From: Sarea resinae
Taxonomy: Eukaryota
Assembly (NCBI GenBank): GCA_026026165.1
Contig: JAPEUD010000083.1
Location: 1-64,000 of the forward strand
DNA: 64,000 nt
Direction: 5' to 3'
Shown here: piece by piece, positions 36,019 through 49,544 of the stretch
Position numbering within the stretch: the first letter of the stretch is position 1
Layout: every line of letters starts with the position of its first letter
Notes under the pieces: model-generated
The model's database searches: none
What the model was told of the DNA's origin: nothing
Seen by the model: only the letters and a program-made list of their open reading frames with translations
Made by a program: the position numbers and the translations under genes

Positions 36019-37590
36019 TTATCAGTTCATTCCATCGTGGTTCACTTCTTTTTCGTGCTTTCCGGTCCCGTACTTGACTGTCCCCCCTTTTTTTCTTCTC
36101 TCTCTCTTGTCGTTTTTCTTTTTTTTTTCTGAGAGTGTGTCGGACGAATTGTATGAGTGCATGTCCAATCAAGTCCGATCAAAACCAAAACCAAAATCAA
36201 AGTCTGAGTCTAAGTCTGAGTCCGAGGCTGGGGGTTTAAGTAGTGTAGAGGTTCATTGCATCAGTGTCTCTTGTGTCTGCCATTGTATGGTATGTCTGTC
36301 TGTCTGTCTGTTCTTTTCCCGTCTCTGGCACGTTGATCTTTTCATGTGTGTGAATATATATACAGGGAGAGAGAGAGAGAGAGAGGGAGGGAGGGAGGGA
36401 GGGAGGGAGGGAGAGATAGTCCTAGGAAGTCCTAGTCCTAGTCCTGGTTCTACTTCCGGTCTTAGTTCTGGTTCTGGTTCTAGTTCGGAGCGCTATATAT
36501 ATATATATATATTTGCTCATTTATTGATTTATTTATTGATTTATTACATCTCTGTGAGTAGCTAGCTAGCGAATGCCTATACCTATCTATGTCAATGCCT
36601 ATGTCTATGCCTATGTCTATGCCTATGCTACTGCTGATGTCAATAGTCCCAAGTCCCAAGTCCCAAGTCCTAGAGTAGTCCTATCCCTCCCCCCCTGCTA
36701 CTGCTAGAGAATTAAGGAATCATTCCTTTCCTCATCCCCCTCCTTTCCCTCCTTTCCTCTTCCACCCCCACCCCTCACCCCCCCATAACCGGGATACGTG
36801 GGCGTTCTCAAGTCTAGTCCAGCACGATTGGGATGAACATTGGGATCAAATAGATGTGATAGATAAGATGAAATGAGATTGGATTGGATTCAGTCATTGA
36901 CGACGATCGTGTTTGGGATGAGTCTGGAGAGGGTCGAAGGAAGGAAGGAACGAAGGACGGAAGGACGGACGGACGGACGGACGGACGGGGAGAGAGGGAG
37001 AGAGGGAGGGAGAGAGAGAGGGAGGGACAGAGAGCAAGTGGGTTATATTCAAAGTCAAAGCCGTCTCAAGCGCCGTGCGCGTGTAAAGTACAGACAGACC
37101 GACAGACTGACAGACAGGTATATCCACCATCACCACCACTACCGCCGCCGCCACCGCCACCGCCACCAGATCGCCATCACCACAACCACCCACCCAATCG
37201 CCCGCTAATGATGCAGTACAGACACAGACCAACTCCTGGTGAAAATCAAACTCAAACAAACAAAACAAAACAGGACGAAAAAAAAAAAAAGAAATAAAAA
37301 CGAAACTCCCCAAGCCTCCCTCCCTCTTTTTTTTCCGAGAAAGGGGAAAGACAAAAGACAATAGACAAAAGACAAAGACAAGAGGTGGTATGGGGATATT
37401 TTGTACAGACTTGAGCACGCTCCTACTCCTTCCTCCTGTTGATCCCATGTGTCCTGTAAAACAAAACAATCCACCCATCTAGTTCCACGAATGATCCACC
37501 CATTTATCCATTCATCCAGCGATAAAAACAAAAAAACGAGTACCGAAACTACCAATCGACGATGATCGAAACAAAGAAACCCCACCGGAA
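36019..37590. repeat. Island of mixed simple sequence repeats between convergent YCG1 and TRK
   Basis: (GA)n, (GGGA)n, (TA)n, (CCTATG/TCTATG)n, (AGTCCCA)n, (GGAC)n, (CCG/CCA)n and A-runs all visible. Confidence 0.85.
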
Positions 37591-40500
37591 TCATTCACGT
37601 CCTCGCGGATGCCATCGCCTCTTACTCATCGTAGGGCCTGCCCCAAGACCGCCGCTCAACACGCGACCCAGACCGGACCCAACACCACTGGGTCTTCTCG
37701 CCCGCCCAGGCGCAGGGGATCCGTAAGCACCGCTACCACCAGCCAGAGGACCCTCGGTTCCGTCCCTACCGGTGGTAGCCACGCCTGTAGGATGCATGTC
37801 CAGATCATCGCGATTGACGTCGAGCTGGCTGACGCTCGAGGCTCTCCTCGCGCGTGCGCGGGCGTCCTCATCTTCGGCCTTATGCAAGCTCTCCGACGGC
37901 AACAGGATAGCGCGATCGAGCTCGTACGGCAATCCACGATGCCGGCCACGGATCTGCATGGCGATGATGACGAGTTTGGAGATGACGTTGAACTGTGAAG
38001 AGAACGACATGTCGGTGGTGGGATAGCCCAGTGATAGCCCCACGGTGCCGTACGCCGATACGATTTCGAAGAGGACGGAGAAGAGCGAGTAAGAGCTGTT
38101 ACCGCTGGCAAGTTTGTCGCCTTCGGCGATAGCAATAATGAAAAGACCCAAGAAAATATACCAGAAATCGAAAGACAGTTGACGCCGCAAATGGGCGCCA
38201 AGATAGGATTTATGTACTCCATCTTCGTCGTCGGCGTCATCGTGCATATCTGCTTTGTAGATACCAAGAGACTGCTCTTCATAGACATTGGTGCGGCGCA
38301 TGGAGATGGCAACGGGAAAGACGGAAATGTACATCATGATCAGGTAGGAAACCTGGGTCCCAGGATGGAGACTTCCAATGTTGACGACTGACAATCCGGC
38401 GGTACGCACAGAGACGGCTTGGAAAAGCCCATCGAGTACCTTGATGCCGGCCGGGAGAACGCTCACAGGGGAGTTGTGAAGCTGTGTCGTCGTCAATGAG
38501 AGGCAAATTTGGGAAAGCGGGCGGCAATTAGACTTACGTCAAGGATGTTGAAGAAAATGAGGTCAATGGCGTTGAGGACGACCAAGACTAAGAAGAGCCA
38601 CCATGTGGCCCCTCTTGGAAACAAGAGCGTGAAGCACCGTCTTGGGTGGTCAAGCAAAAACCGAAGCTCTTCCCAAACACCAGTATCACGCGGAAATATC
38701 TTCGAAGCAAACCAAATCATGAAGCGGAGCATACAAGGGAACCCCGTGTTTCCGATGACAATGAGGAAACTTCCCACCAGAAGCGGGAAGACTGCATATT
38801 GGAAAGACATCATGGAGTCCGGTGTGAGGGTGAAACCGACGTCGTTGAACAAGGTCGCTGCCGTAAATATACCCCTGTGGTCGTTTAGCACTACAGACGT
38901 AGTATTGTTTCCGGAAAACTTACCACCAGATCCTGTTCTGGCCGTCGCTCTTTACCACGTCTCCATATCTCTTGCTTCCTCGTATCCACGGGGTGAGACA
39001 GACCAGGCCGAACAGGTGGAACCCAACAAAGTAGACTGTAATGATCTATTAGAAGCGTCACCAAGAGCTCATTTTCTGGCTAGACTTACTGATGAGAATC
39101 ATCGCAAGAGTCTTGAGAGCCCTGTATTCGATTCCTCCCAACTCTTCTCGCTGTTCTTCCGTCAGATCCACAAACGCCGAATTCCGGCCAATGGTAGGTT
39201 GATAGCTGAGATATGGCGCCGGATCTCTTTCTCGGTCCTGACTTCGGAAAGTATTGATGCTTGCCAAGGTGATTGTGCGAGCTCGGTCTTGAATAGCCTG
39301 CGTATTGAAGGAAGGCGGTCTCGGTAAGCTGCGATTTATGGTGCTGTTTCTTCGAATGTTTAATCTGGAAAATCTCCTCGACCTGCTTTGAGGCGGATGA
39401 TCGGGCTCGTCAATCGTAATATCTCCTTTCGCGGGATGATCGTCTGAGTTGAATTCTTCGTTTCCTTCCTTATCTTCGTCCGCCCCGACCTGTTCAACAG
39501 GGCCCGAAGTCTGTCGCGCCAAAGCGCCGTTGCCCTGCCCTTCTTCGTTGTCCAGCTGCTTCGGAAGATCACCACGATCGAATTCCCGGGGACCTGGGAT
39601 CCTTAGTGTTCCTTTATCAGCAGGATTGCGCTGATTCTCTAAGAAAGCAATATGTTGCTCGGCGCTGCGCGGTTCCGGAAGCCGAGATGATTCAGTATCG
39701 GTCCTCCGAACAGGCTTCACCTCATCAGCAAAAGTGATGTCTCGGTGGAAAGATTGAGCTTGAGGCAGAGTGCTAGCGCTTCCGCTGTCCGAGGATCCTG
39801 TCCTTGGGATAGGAGAATGTCCGCCGCCTCTCGGTGATTGCGATCCTTCATCCGTATCTTCCATGGGGTTCTCGACGCCGAAACTCTTCTCGTTGTCGTT
39901 TTCTATTGCATGGCCGTTGGCGTTGTGACCGTTCCGAAGCACAACAATGGGCCTCCCATTGACGCCTCGCTCTTCGGCTTCAATGTCTGCATCGTCTCGT
40001 GCTTCACTCTTGGTTCTCGACTTTGTTCCCGTACGACGCACAGTTCGAGCTTCGCGGACAATGTGTTGAAAACGCTTCTCGAACCAGTATAGGCGTACAA
40101 ATACCACAAATGAATTGATCCAGATGGGATTTCCAATCATGCCGATAAAGTAGAGTACGATCTGAACGAAGCCCAAATTAGTCGGGGACGTATCGTTTGT
40201 CGCATGACCTTCTCATACCTGCTGATAGAGTAACAAGTCGTTGAAATTGATGCTGCTCCGAAATTAGTGACCAACGAAGCATCATCACTGTTCACGATAT
40301 ACTAACGTATTCAAGCCACTCTGTGTTGCTGCTCCACTCGACTGGAACAAGGCATCTATATACGCTATGCCTCCACCCGGATACAGCATGATCGACCCAA
40401 GGATGCTTAGACTGATCAGATATGTATCTAGAACCAGATACAGAGTTAGAGGCTGAATCTGGCAAAGAAACTGCACACAGAGGGAGAGTCCTGACAGTGA

Positions 40501-40592
40501 ATGCTAATGAAACTAAGTCGAGGCTTATGGATCCGTTGAAAGACCTTGAAGCCTTTGAACCACTGCCCTATTGTGTACCACGGGCCCATCAT
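37591..40592 (-). CDS. TRK1: Trk-family potassium transporter, multi-exon
   Basis: Pore/MPM motifs YIDALFQSSGAATQSGLN, FNDVGFTLTPDSM, FQAVSVRTAG, FEIVSAYGTVGLSLG, plus ELGGIEYRALK, FLLDHPRRCFTLLF and RGRHRGLPYELDRAILLP. Confidence 0.93.
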
Positions 40593-42319
40593 CGTGGCGA
40601 TTTCTCGCTGCTCCAAGGCAGAGGTCCTGATGTAACAGAGGTCCTATCGTTTGCCTCCCAGGCGCTATCGCCCAGAGCAGAGCGGCACGAGCTGATTGCC
40701 GTGGCCCCGGGCACAATCCGGCTGTGCTAGTGAGTCGAGGAAGAGCCTTCAAGGAAGACGGAGATCTGAGGTCGGCCTGGTGGTGAGATGCCCTTGTCAG
40801 GCGAGGGTCATTGCCAGCACAGCACGCCGCGCGAGCCGATTGTCCATGCCGGCAGTGTCTGTAATGATAGGTGGGCCGGTGGTAGCGGAGACTTCAATTG
40901 AGATGGCGACAGCACAAACAAGAACAGGATCGAAGGGACCGATGAAGGGTGGTAATTGTGGAGGGAGGAGAACGATATAGTAGTAGACTGTAAGAGAAGT
41001 AGTGTGATGGCACTGATCGGAGGAGAAAAGAAAGGTCTTGTCTCAGTAGTCGACGCGACACAAAGCGAGATTCGGGTGTGAAAAGCGGAAAGTGCCAACG
41101 TATGGTAGGTCAGGTAGGTAGGTAGGTATGGATGGAGATGATTGTATGGTCCGGTTGGCACTAGGGTCGTCTGGCACGAATACTCTCGGTAGGTAGTGAA
41201 TAGAGCACGTACGCAGTAGGGCAATGAACGGCTATGGAAGACGGATCGACGTATATACGGAGGAGAGGGATCAGAATGATGGTAATGTTACCATTCCACG
41301 ATGTTTGTTAGTACGTAGTAGAGCCAAGCTCAGTCTGAAGTAGTGACGCTGTAGCTGCCCCGTGGTTTCACCGCGCCAACTTTATCCAAACCCTTCGAGT
41401 AAGGTAGGTACCCGACTCTACCACTGGTACGCATATGTACAGTACAGTACAGTACTCGTCAGGCTCAGCGATCATTGGAAATGAAGGGATCATCAAAGGA
41501 GCAATTGAGGTGATTACTGCGGTCCTCACCTCCCTCTTATCAGGTCGAGTTGCGAGACACATCATCGATGCTGCAAGCTGAGGTGTGTGCCTCGGTGCCT
41601 CGGTGCTTCTAGAAGTACCTTAATATGAACGGCGTCCCGAGGACATGATAGAAGCGGCAAGAGATCGCCTGTGCCCAAGTCTTCGGTACCTCGCCCCCCA
41701 CGCTTTGCTGACGAGTCGAAAGAGATTTGATGCGCCAGCTGCAATACTCCCGAGGACTAGAGATTGCGTAGTAGTAGGCAGGGACTAAGAGGTACTGCGG
41801 CACCCAACAAATCACATGATTCACATCCACTTCATTTGAGATTGCTTTCTTTCTTTCCGTCATGATCATTTTGCGCTTGGTCTTACGGTATCATTGAGCG
41901 AGAATGTCTGACATGCTCCGAGCTCTAGAGTAGACACAGATCGATCTTCATCTTATATTGTTATATGCTACCCTACCTACCTATTGCCAATACCGAAACT
42001 CCATCATGGAAATACTATGGCTCGAAGACGGCTGAATGGAGACAATCATGGCTCCCATGCACCGAGCGCGAAGTCTAAACGACGGAGACGACGTCTGTAA
42101 ACTCCATCAAGAAATACCAAGGGCCGCTTCGGATCTACCGCCCATACGACCATACAACCCAACACCCCGAAAACAACTTCAAAGGCATCACCAGTGCCGC
42201 TGTCCGTTTCGCCATGCAAATGTGTAAGAACGGAAGAATGAGTAGATGGAAAGACTATGCACCTCGGCGAGGGAAGCAGATACTCCAGTGTGTAGCTTTG
42301 TTAACATATTCCGGGGCCC

Positions 42320-44481
42320 TCAGGAGCGCCCGAAGCCATTCGCATCCTCTCGTGATTTGCTCGTGGCCGGCGATGCATTAGACCAGCTAGCAAATGTCAG
42401 CTCCAGTAGTGTAAAGAAACATAAGAGACACTAGATACTTACATTCGAACCTTCTTATCATCACCTGCTGATGCGAACATGCACGGGTCCTTCGGATTCC
42501 AGGCAACCGCATTGACGCAGCCAGACTGGTGCCCCTCCAGAGTCTCCACAAGAGTACCATTCTCCTTATGCCAGATATATATGTGCGAATCTACCGAGGA
42601 TGTCAGCCTTTGAAACTTTCGATGCTCCGCAAGTTATTGTCGAACCTTCACTTCCACTTATCACGAAGTTTTCACTCGCCCCACCAAAGGAACTTCGAAT
42701 GATATAGAATCCCTGCTTCTGTCCCAAAAATCTTCGAACAGGCTCGGCAGTCTCGATATCTATCAATTGAATCTCGTCATCCGACATGTTGACTAACATG
42801 TATCTCGAGTCCCGGCTTATATTTAAGCAAGTTAGATCGAACTTGAACGGCAAGTTGTACTCCTCTTCTCGCGTGATGAGATTGTAGACGTAAAGTCTCT
42901 TCTGTGTAGAGATTGTGATCAAACGCTGTCCGTCAGGAGATATACTACAATCCTGAACGCGGTAACCGCCTGACCATGCGTGAATACGGTTGCCACTCAG
43001 GTCCCAAATACACAGCTGCATCTGCTTATCTAGTGAGCCTGTCACAAAAGTTTGGCCGTCCGGAGCCCATGAAGCCGTGGTGACTGGTTCGGTATGGTGA
43101 TCGATTGACAGGATACACTCCCCGCTCTGCGACCAGGAGTTAGCGGCTGGACTTTTAGAAGTGCGGGCTATCATACCATGACATCCCAAACGCGAGCCTT
43201 CTTGTCACGCGAGCAACTAATGAGTCTCAAGTCGTCCGGACTCCACGCGACGTAGGCGACAGCATCACCATGCTCATGCAATGTGTGGAGTACTTCGAAC
43301 GTATCTGTGGCATATATTACGACCGTCTTGTCCTTGCTCGCTGTCGCTAGTTTTGTTCCGTCGTGAGAAAAATCCAGGAACCATACTTCGTCTGAGTGCT
43401 GACTTAGTTCGAGCGTGGTTCTCAATGGGAATTGACTACGATTGCACATATGGTCCGAGTACAATGACGGAGGACTCGCCGTGTTGTGGTACAGGCAATT
43501 GGAAATTTGATTCTGCTTGACCTGGTCCAGGAGGACTGCTAATCGGTGCTCGGGAATCATCATCGAAGGAGATATCGATCCTATATATACACAATCAGTC
43601 TGACGTCTGACTATTGAGAAGCCAGATCAGGAATGCTTCTTACTTGAAAGCTCAGATAACAAATGGCGCCGAGACTCTCCAGTAGCCCCATCCCAGTCGG
43701 CCTGCGATTTGAGGTCGTCGGCCGATTGACACATAATCAAACTAAATACAGTCAGCTAAGCCGGAGGCTTTTGCCATGGCGTAAAGTGCCACAACTAATT
43801 GATCTCCCAACAGGAGGATGCAATGAAACCGTAGAAGTAAGGAATGATGTACCTTGAGAGCGCATGCAATTTCCCAATATCTTGATTCAGTGGAGTCAGC
43901 TCCTGCCTGAGGACCATCAACGCACTTCCCAGATCCCTTTCTTCTAATAGCTCCAGGAACTTTTGCTGCCTCATGGAAAAGAGCATTTGGTTCTTATCCG
44001 CCCCTTCAGCAAGCACGAGTCCACCTCCATAAGCCGGATGGCTACCGTCGCCTATGCTGACTCCACCTCCCCCTTCACCCTGGTATGATCCAAACAGAAG
44101 ATGCTCGGCCTCCGTCCACTCCCCATGAAGAACTGCATTCCGAAATGCGGCAACAGATGAGCTTTCGAAATCAAACCCACTCTCCCGACTCAGAGTCTCT
44201 GCTGCACTTGTATAGCCCAGATCAGTCAAACTTTGTATCAAGATCCGAGTGACCTCCTCCCGATCGTGTCCGAAGTAAGATTGCTGTAACTGCCGCGTTC
44301 TGAACCCCGACGATCCATTCGCATGAGTTGCTGAAGAGCCGTTACCCGTAAACTGGGTACTAGAGTTTCCGTTCAGAGTATTGGAGAGGGCAGCCTTATG
44401 AAGAGGAGAGAGTCCAGATCCATTAGGAAATGATCTAGAGGAGTTCGAAGCAGACTTTGATGATTCGCCATCGAGACGCAT
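42320..44481 (-). CDS. GID7: GID/CTLH complex WD40 subunit Gid7/WDR26 (LisH-CTLH-WD40), 6 exons; true start may lie upstream (see findings)
   Basis: REEVTRILIQSLTDLGY (LisH), FRNAVLHGEW, QQKFLELLE (CTLH), MMIPEHRLAVLL, CLYHN, HSDEVWFLDFSHDGTKLATASKD, GQKQGFYIIRSSFGG, FVISGSED. Confidence 0.9.
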
Positions 44482-47292
44482 CTTTCCGGGACCCAGACGC
44501 CTGCGCTTCGCCTGCGGTTCACCAGAAAAACTTTCAACCAGAGATGATTGTGACAGGCCGGCCTGCCCTTGCAGGTCCGCTTCGAGACTCAGATCGGCAC
44601 CCGAAGCAGATGATTGACGGCTTTCGCTTCTAGTCTGGTCGGAGGACGTACTACGGCGACGGCGGCGATTCGTGGACCTCCGAGGAGTTGTTTGTTCGCT
44701 GATGTTCCTGCGGACGTCTGCGACTGAGGGTACGCCAATGGTTAATGATGAATATACACTATGAGATGGGGCTGAGGTAGTCGTGGATGGATCGTTATCC
44801 GGCGAGCTTGAAGTGGCTAGGGGATCGGAGGTGACTGGGGCTTGTTGTTCTGGATGATTTTCCAGCTTCGCAACGTCAGGAGCGCTCCGATGGAGTACCC
44901 CTGGACATTCAAATGACTGTTGTGTTTAAAGAGGACTATGGACTAGGGATGAGAGTAATCGTATCGTAAAGGGACGTTTGCGGGGCTTGAATATTGGCGA
45001 CGATGATGATGCTGTCAGATGGAGAGACGTTCCGAAGCGGCACCCAAGTACCGAATATACGCTGCGAGCCTGAAGCTGTGGAGCTCTCCACCCCAGAGAA
45101 GACCCCGTGCTCTCTCGAGTCAATATCTGGGATAGAACGCCTGCACTCCAAGCAATGAAATGCAGACTCGAGCGAAACGAGAGCTCCAAGGAAAGACGGG
45201 ACGAAACGGTCAGGTAGTCGATTGTTGTGTGAAGTTGTGTGAAGTAGTAGGTATGTAGGAAGGAAGGTAAGTGGGTGGGTAGGTGAATGCTGAATAGGTA
45301 GGTACGGTAGGTAGATAGGTAAAGAGGAATGGATGTAGAGTAAGGCAGTAGTAAGTAAGGTAGGTAGGTAAGGTAAGTGGTATCGAGCGTATCGACTTGT
45401 ACGGCGGGTACCTCGAAGCACGATGATGCTGGGGATGCTGGGGCAAGAAAGGAAGGAACTTAGGATCTTAGGTGAGGTAGGGGCAGGTACGAAGGAGTGC
45501 CCGGTTATGGATGAAAGCTGCCCTTCGGAACAAGCCGCGTGGGCGGTGGGCGGCAACTTATCTACTGCGCAGTACTTACGGATAGAGTACCTAGGTAGGT
45601 ACTCTACTGCAGTTCGCACCCCGAGAGGGGGGGCACAAGACGAGCATGGAGGGCAGCATACTCGGTGGTCAGGGTTGGCAGCAAAATAACACTACAGCGT
45701 TGGATAGGATAATGTTGCTTCGACATGAGTCCTGAACCCGATCAGGCCCTCTCTCTTCTCTACCTTGGATACTTCTTCAAGAGCACTAGTAGAGATGTCG
45801 TGGACGAGATGATCAAACGTGTCAGTCGTCGTGCGGAGGTCCATGAGGTAGCGTTGTCTACCTCTTGACTGCATTGGTACCGCAGCTAAGGGGATTAGGT
45901 GCTGAGAGCTCCACTTCCTCCCGATAGCTACGGCAGCGCATTGAATGAAGTGTCTTATCTACCTTAGGCTTTGTTGCAGAGCTTCCAGAGGAATGCAATT
46001 CCTCTTACCTGGAGTCTTGAGTGAGCCTCGAAGGATACAGAGATGTCTCGAATACCAAGATTCGAATGAATGCATGTCATCGGATACTTTCTGACTTACG
46101 CCACCTATTCTAATGATGATGATGCAGGTACGGACACAACAAGACAATGGACATTTGGGTCATTTCACGCTCTCAATCGTAAATCCGTGACCTTGTCAGC
46201 TGAAAGTGACATTTAAATCGTCTCCAGACTGTGCAGATCCAGTGATGAGGGCTGATTTAAGTCCAGAGGTCCACAAAATGCCCCTACTGTCAAGAGACCT
46301 GTATCATGAAAGTGGATGTCACGTTGATCGTGGGAGGAGCTGCACACCGGCCCCTAGCCAAGTACTACGCCGATTCGCCTCCCTTGTCTGAAGTCTGTAG
46401 GAGGCAGAAAAGCAAATCCACGGAGTAGCACACGAGCTTTGGGGCTCGTGTATCAAGAATCCGTCTTGCACGGCCATGACGGTCTGACCAGATGTCGAAA
46501 ACATGATCAAATCCCTGAGCCGAGTACTGAAACAACGTTGAACGCTGGCCGATAAATATGAGTGGAATAACGAGGTTCTCGCCGTCCAAGAATGACGGAC
46601 ACTGGCCGATTCCGGTAAGGAATGAAATGTATCAAACAAACAGATTGCCATGTGATGAAGATAGGTGGGTGATGTATCCATGTGCCTCGCGTCGTTGCTG
46701 AGGTGCTGTTTGGGTAAGTGGAGGCACAATAATGGGGCCGAGGGCCCAATACTTCAAGATAACCCAAGGTACGAAGTACCTCGGTGATGTACTCGGAGTA
46801 GGTTTTGTAAGGGACCTGAGGTACTTCGGGAGGCAGCGGATATGATTGATGTACGAAGTACTCGGAGTACTCGAGTGAAGCTGCAGCGAACGAATCGCTA
46901 TGGGGTGCAGTAGTAACAGTGGTACGGCGGGCGACAGGTTGCTCTCGGGAGCAAGGGCTGGAGGCCCGTCCACTGGTAACTGACTTGAAGGTCTGCAGTT
47001 AGTGTAACCTGCAAGTGAAGGTTGCGTTGCCAATGACGAACTTACCCTAAAGCACAAGCTCCCGTAACTGTGTATGCTGGGTCTCGGTCTCAGGCCAAGG
47101 CTACTTCCTCGTCCATCCCTCTTCGAACTCATCAGCAAGAGAAACATCGAACAGCTCTCTCTACGCCAAGAAGTCGTGCAGGAGACAGAAGCTCCCCCCC
47201 AAGAGGTCCCTCTGCCTTCCTCACCACAACCCCGGCGGCTGGGATTATCCATCTCAATCCAATCTCCTGAAGAGCCTCCTCCACAACCCAAA

Positions 47293-49544
47293 ATGGCTCC
47301 TGTAAGCATCTGCTCGCTCGATCTGCTGTTTCTGTCAAATCACTGACCGCAAATACGATTACAGGACTCCAAGAGGTCGCGGCTCGAGGAAGGTGATGAG
47401 CAATATGGTGTGTAATCTATCTCTAGTTTTCGAGACAAACGTGGGTTGCAGTAGATGAATTGCCCATTACTAACTTCATCCCATAGGCTCCATTTTCTCG
47501 GTCTCAGGGTTGGTTAACCGTGCTTCCCCGCTCATTCGATCTAGAGGCTGATCATAGGTGAAGACCCGTCATCGTTGCGGAGAACATGATTGGATGTGCG
47601 ATGTACGAATTGGTAGGTCTATCCTCTTACGAGTCATAAATCTGTTTATAATCTAACGTATCTTTTTCTGATATAGGTCCGTGTTGGCCATGACAATCTT
47701 GTCGGAGAGGTGATCCGAATCGAGGCAGACAAAGCTACCGTTCAGGTGTACGAAGAAACGGGTGAGCGGGCCCAAAAAGGTCATAGAATTCCTGAAATGT
47801 ATCCAGCTAACGGTAATCTCAGCCGGCGTCAAGGTGGGCGACCCTGTTGTCCGAACAGGAAAGCCGTTATCCGTTGAGCTTGGACCTGGTCTCATGGAGA
47901 CGATCTACGACGGTATCCAACGGCCTCTAAAATCAATTGCGTCCGTTTCAGACAGCATTTATATTCCTCGTGGCATTGACGTGCCTTCACTCAATCGTGA
48001 GATTAAATGGGACTTTAAGCCAGGCAAATTAAAGGTTGGAGATCATATCACCGGCGGCGACATCTTCGGGAGTGTCTTCGAGAATTCGTTGTTGGATGAC
48101 CACAAGATCCTTCTACCTCCGCGAGCGCGAGGAACAATCACCCGGATTGCGGATCAGGGAAGCTACACCGTTGACGAGAAGATCCTTGAGGTGGAATTCG
48201 ATGGAAAGAAGACGGAATACAGCATGATGCATAACTGGCCCGTCCGTGTACCGCGCCCAGTGACTGATAAGCTGCCGTCCGAATCACCCTTCATCGTCGG
48301 CCAGCGGGTGCTTGACGCTCTCTTCCCAAGTGTCCAAGGTGGTACTGTCTGTATTCCGGGCGCTTTTGGCTGCGGAAAGACTGTCATCAGCCAGAGTGTG
48401 TCAAAATTCTCGAACAGCGACATTATTATCTATGTGGGCTGCGGTGAGCGCGGCAATGAGATGGCTGAAGTTTTGATGGATTTCCCAGAGGTGAGACCGG
48501 AAATCAGCTCTATGCTGAAAGAAAGCTAACCGATCGAAAAAGCTGTCGATCGAGATCAACGGGAGAAAGGAGCCGATCATGAAGAGAACTTCGCTAATAG
48601 CTAACACGTCGAACATGCCAGTGGCAGCGCGTGAAGCATCTATCTATACCGGCATCACTGTTGCGGAGTATTTCCGCGACCAGGGTAAAAATGTTGCTAT
48701 GATGGCCGACTCTACATCTCGTTGGGCTGAGGCGCTTCGTGAAATCTCAGGTCGTCTCGGAGAAATGCCCGCAGATCAAGGTTTCCCCGCCTATCTCGGT
48801 GCGAAATTGGCATCTTTCTACGAGCGTGCCGGTAAAGTTACTGCCCTTGGTAGTCCTGATAGAGAGGGCAGTGTCAGTATTGTTGGCGCTGTCAGCCCGC
48901 CAGGTGGCGACTTCTCAGACCCTGTCACAAGTAGTACACTCGGTATTGTCCAGGTCTTCTGGGGTCTCGACAAGAAGTTGGCTCAGCGAAAGCATTTTCC
49001 TTCAATTAACACGTCCCAAAGTTACAGCAAGTACACGACACTCCTGGACAAATACTACGAAAAGAACAACCCTGAATTTCCCCGCCTTAGAGATCGCATC
49101 AAAGAGCTTCTGTCTACATCTGAAGACCTGGACCAGGTTGTGCAGCTTGTTGGCAAATCTGCTCTGGGTGATCCCGACAAAATTACCCTGGACGTGGCAG
49201 CTCTTCTCAAGGACGACTTCTTGCAACAAAACGGCTACAGCGAATATGATGCATTCTGCCCTCTCTGGAAGACCGAGTGGATGATGAAGTGCTTCATGGC
49301 TTACCATGACGAGAGTCAAAAAGCAGTTGCACAAGGCCAAGCTTGGAACAAGATTAGGGAAGCGACGAGCGACATCCAATCTCAACTAAGGAGCATGAAG
49401 TTCGAAGTTCCCGGCGATGGAGAAGAGAAGATTTCCAAGAAGGTAAGCATGCCCTGAATTATGCGCGAGCTGCGCTGACCAGATCAGTATGAGGAACTGC
49501 TCCAGCATATGACGGACAAATTCGCCTCGGTGATTGATGAGTGA
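47293..49544 (+). CDS. VMA1: V-type H+-ATPase catalytic subunit A, 8 exons with 5' micro-exons, no intein
   Basis: Walker [53 protein letters not shown]. Exon 1 is ATGGCTCCT (9 nt) and exon 3 is 22 nt. Confidence 0.97.

Noticed and set aside
47293..47822. Cluster of five introns and micro-exons at the VMA1 5' end
   Set aside because: All canonical GT-AG, and 5'-clustered introns are normal for this gene in filamentous fungi.
48430..48465. VMA1 intein (VDE) insertion site
   Set aside because: [11 protein letters not shown] is contiguous, so no intein is present.
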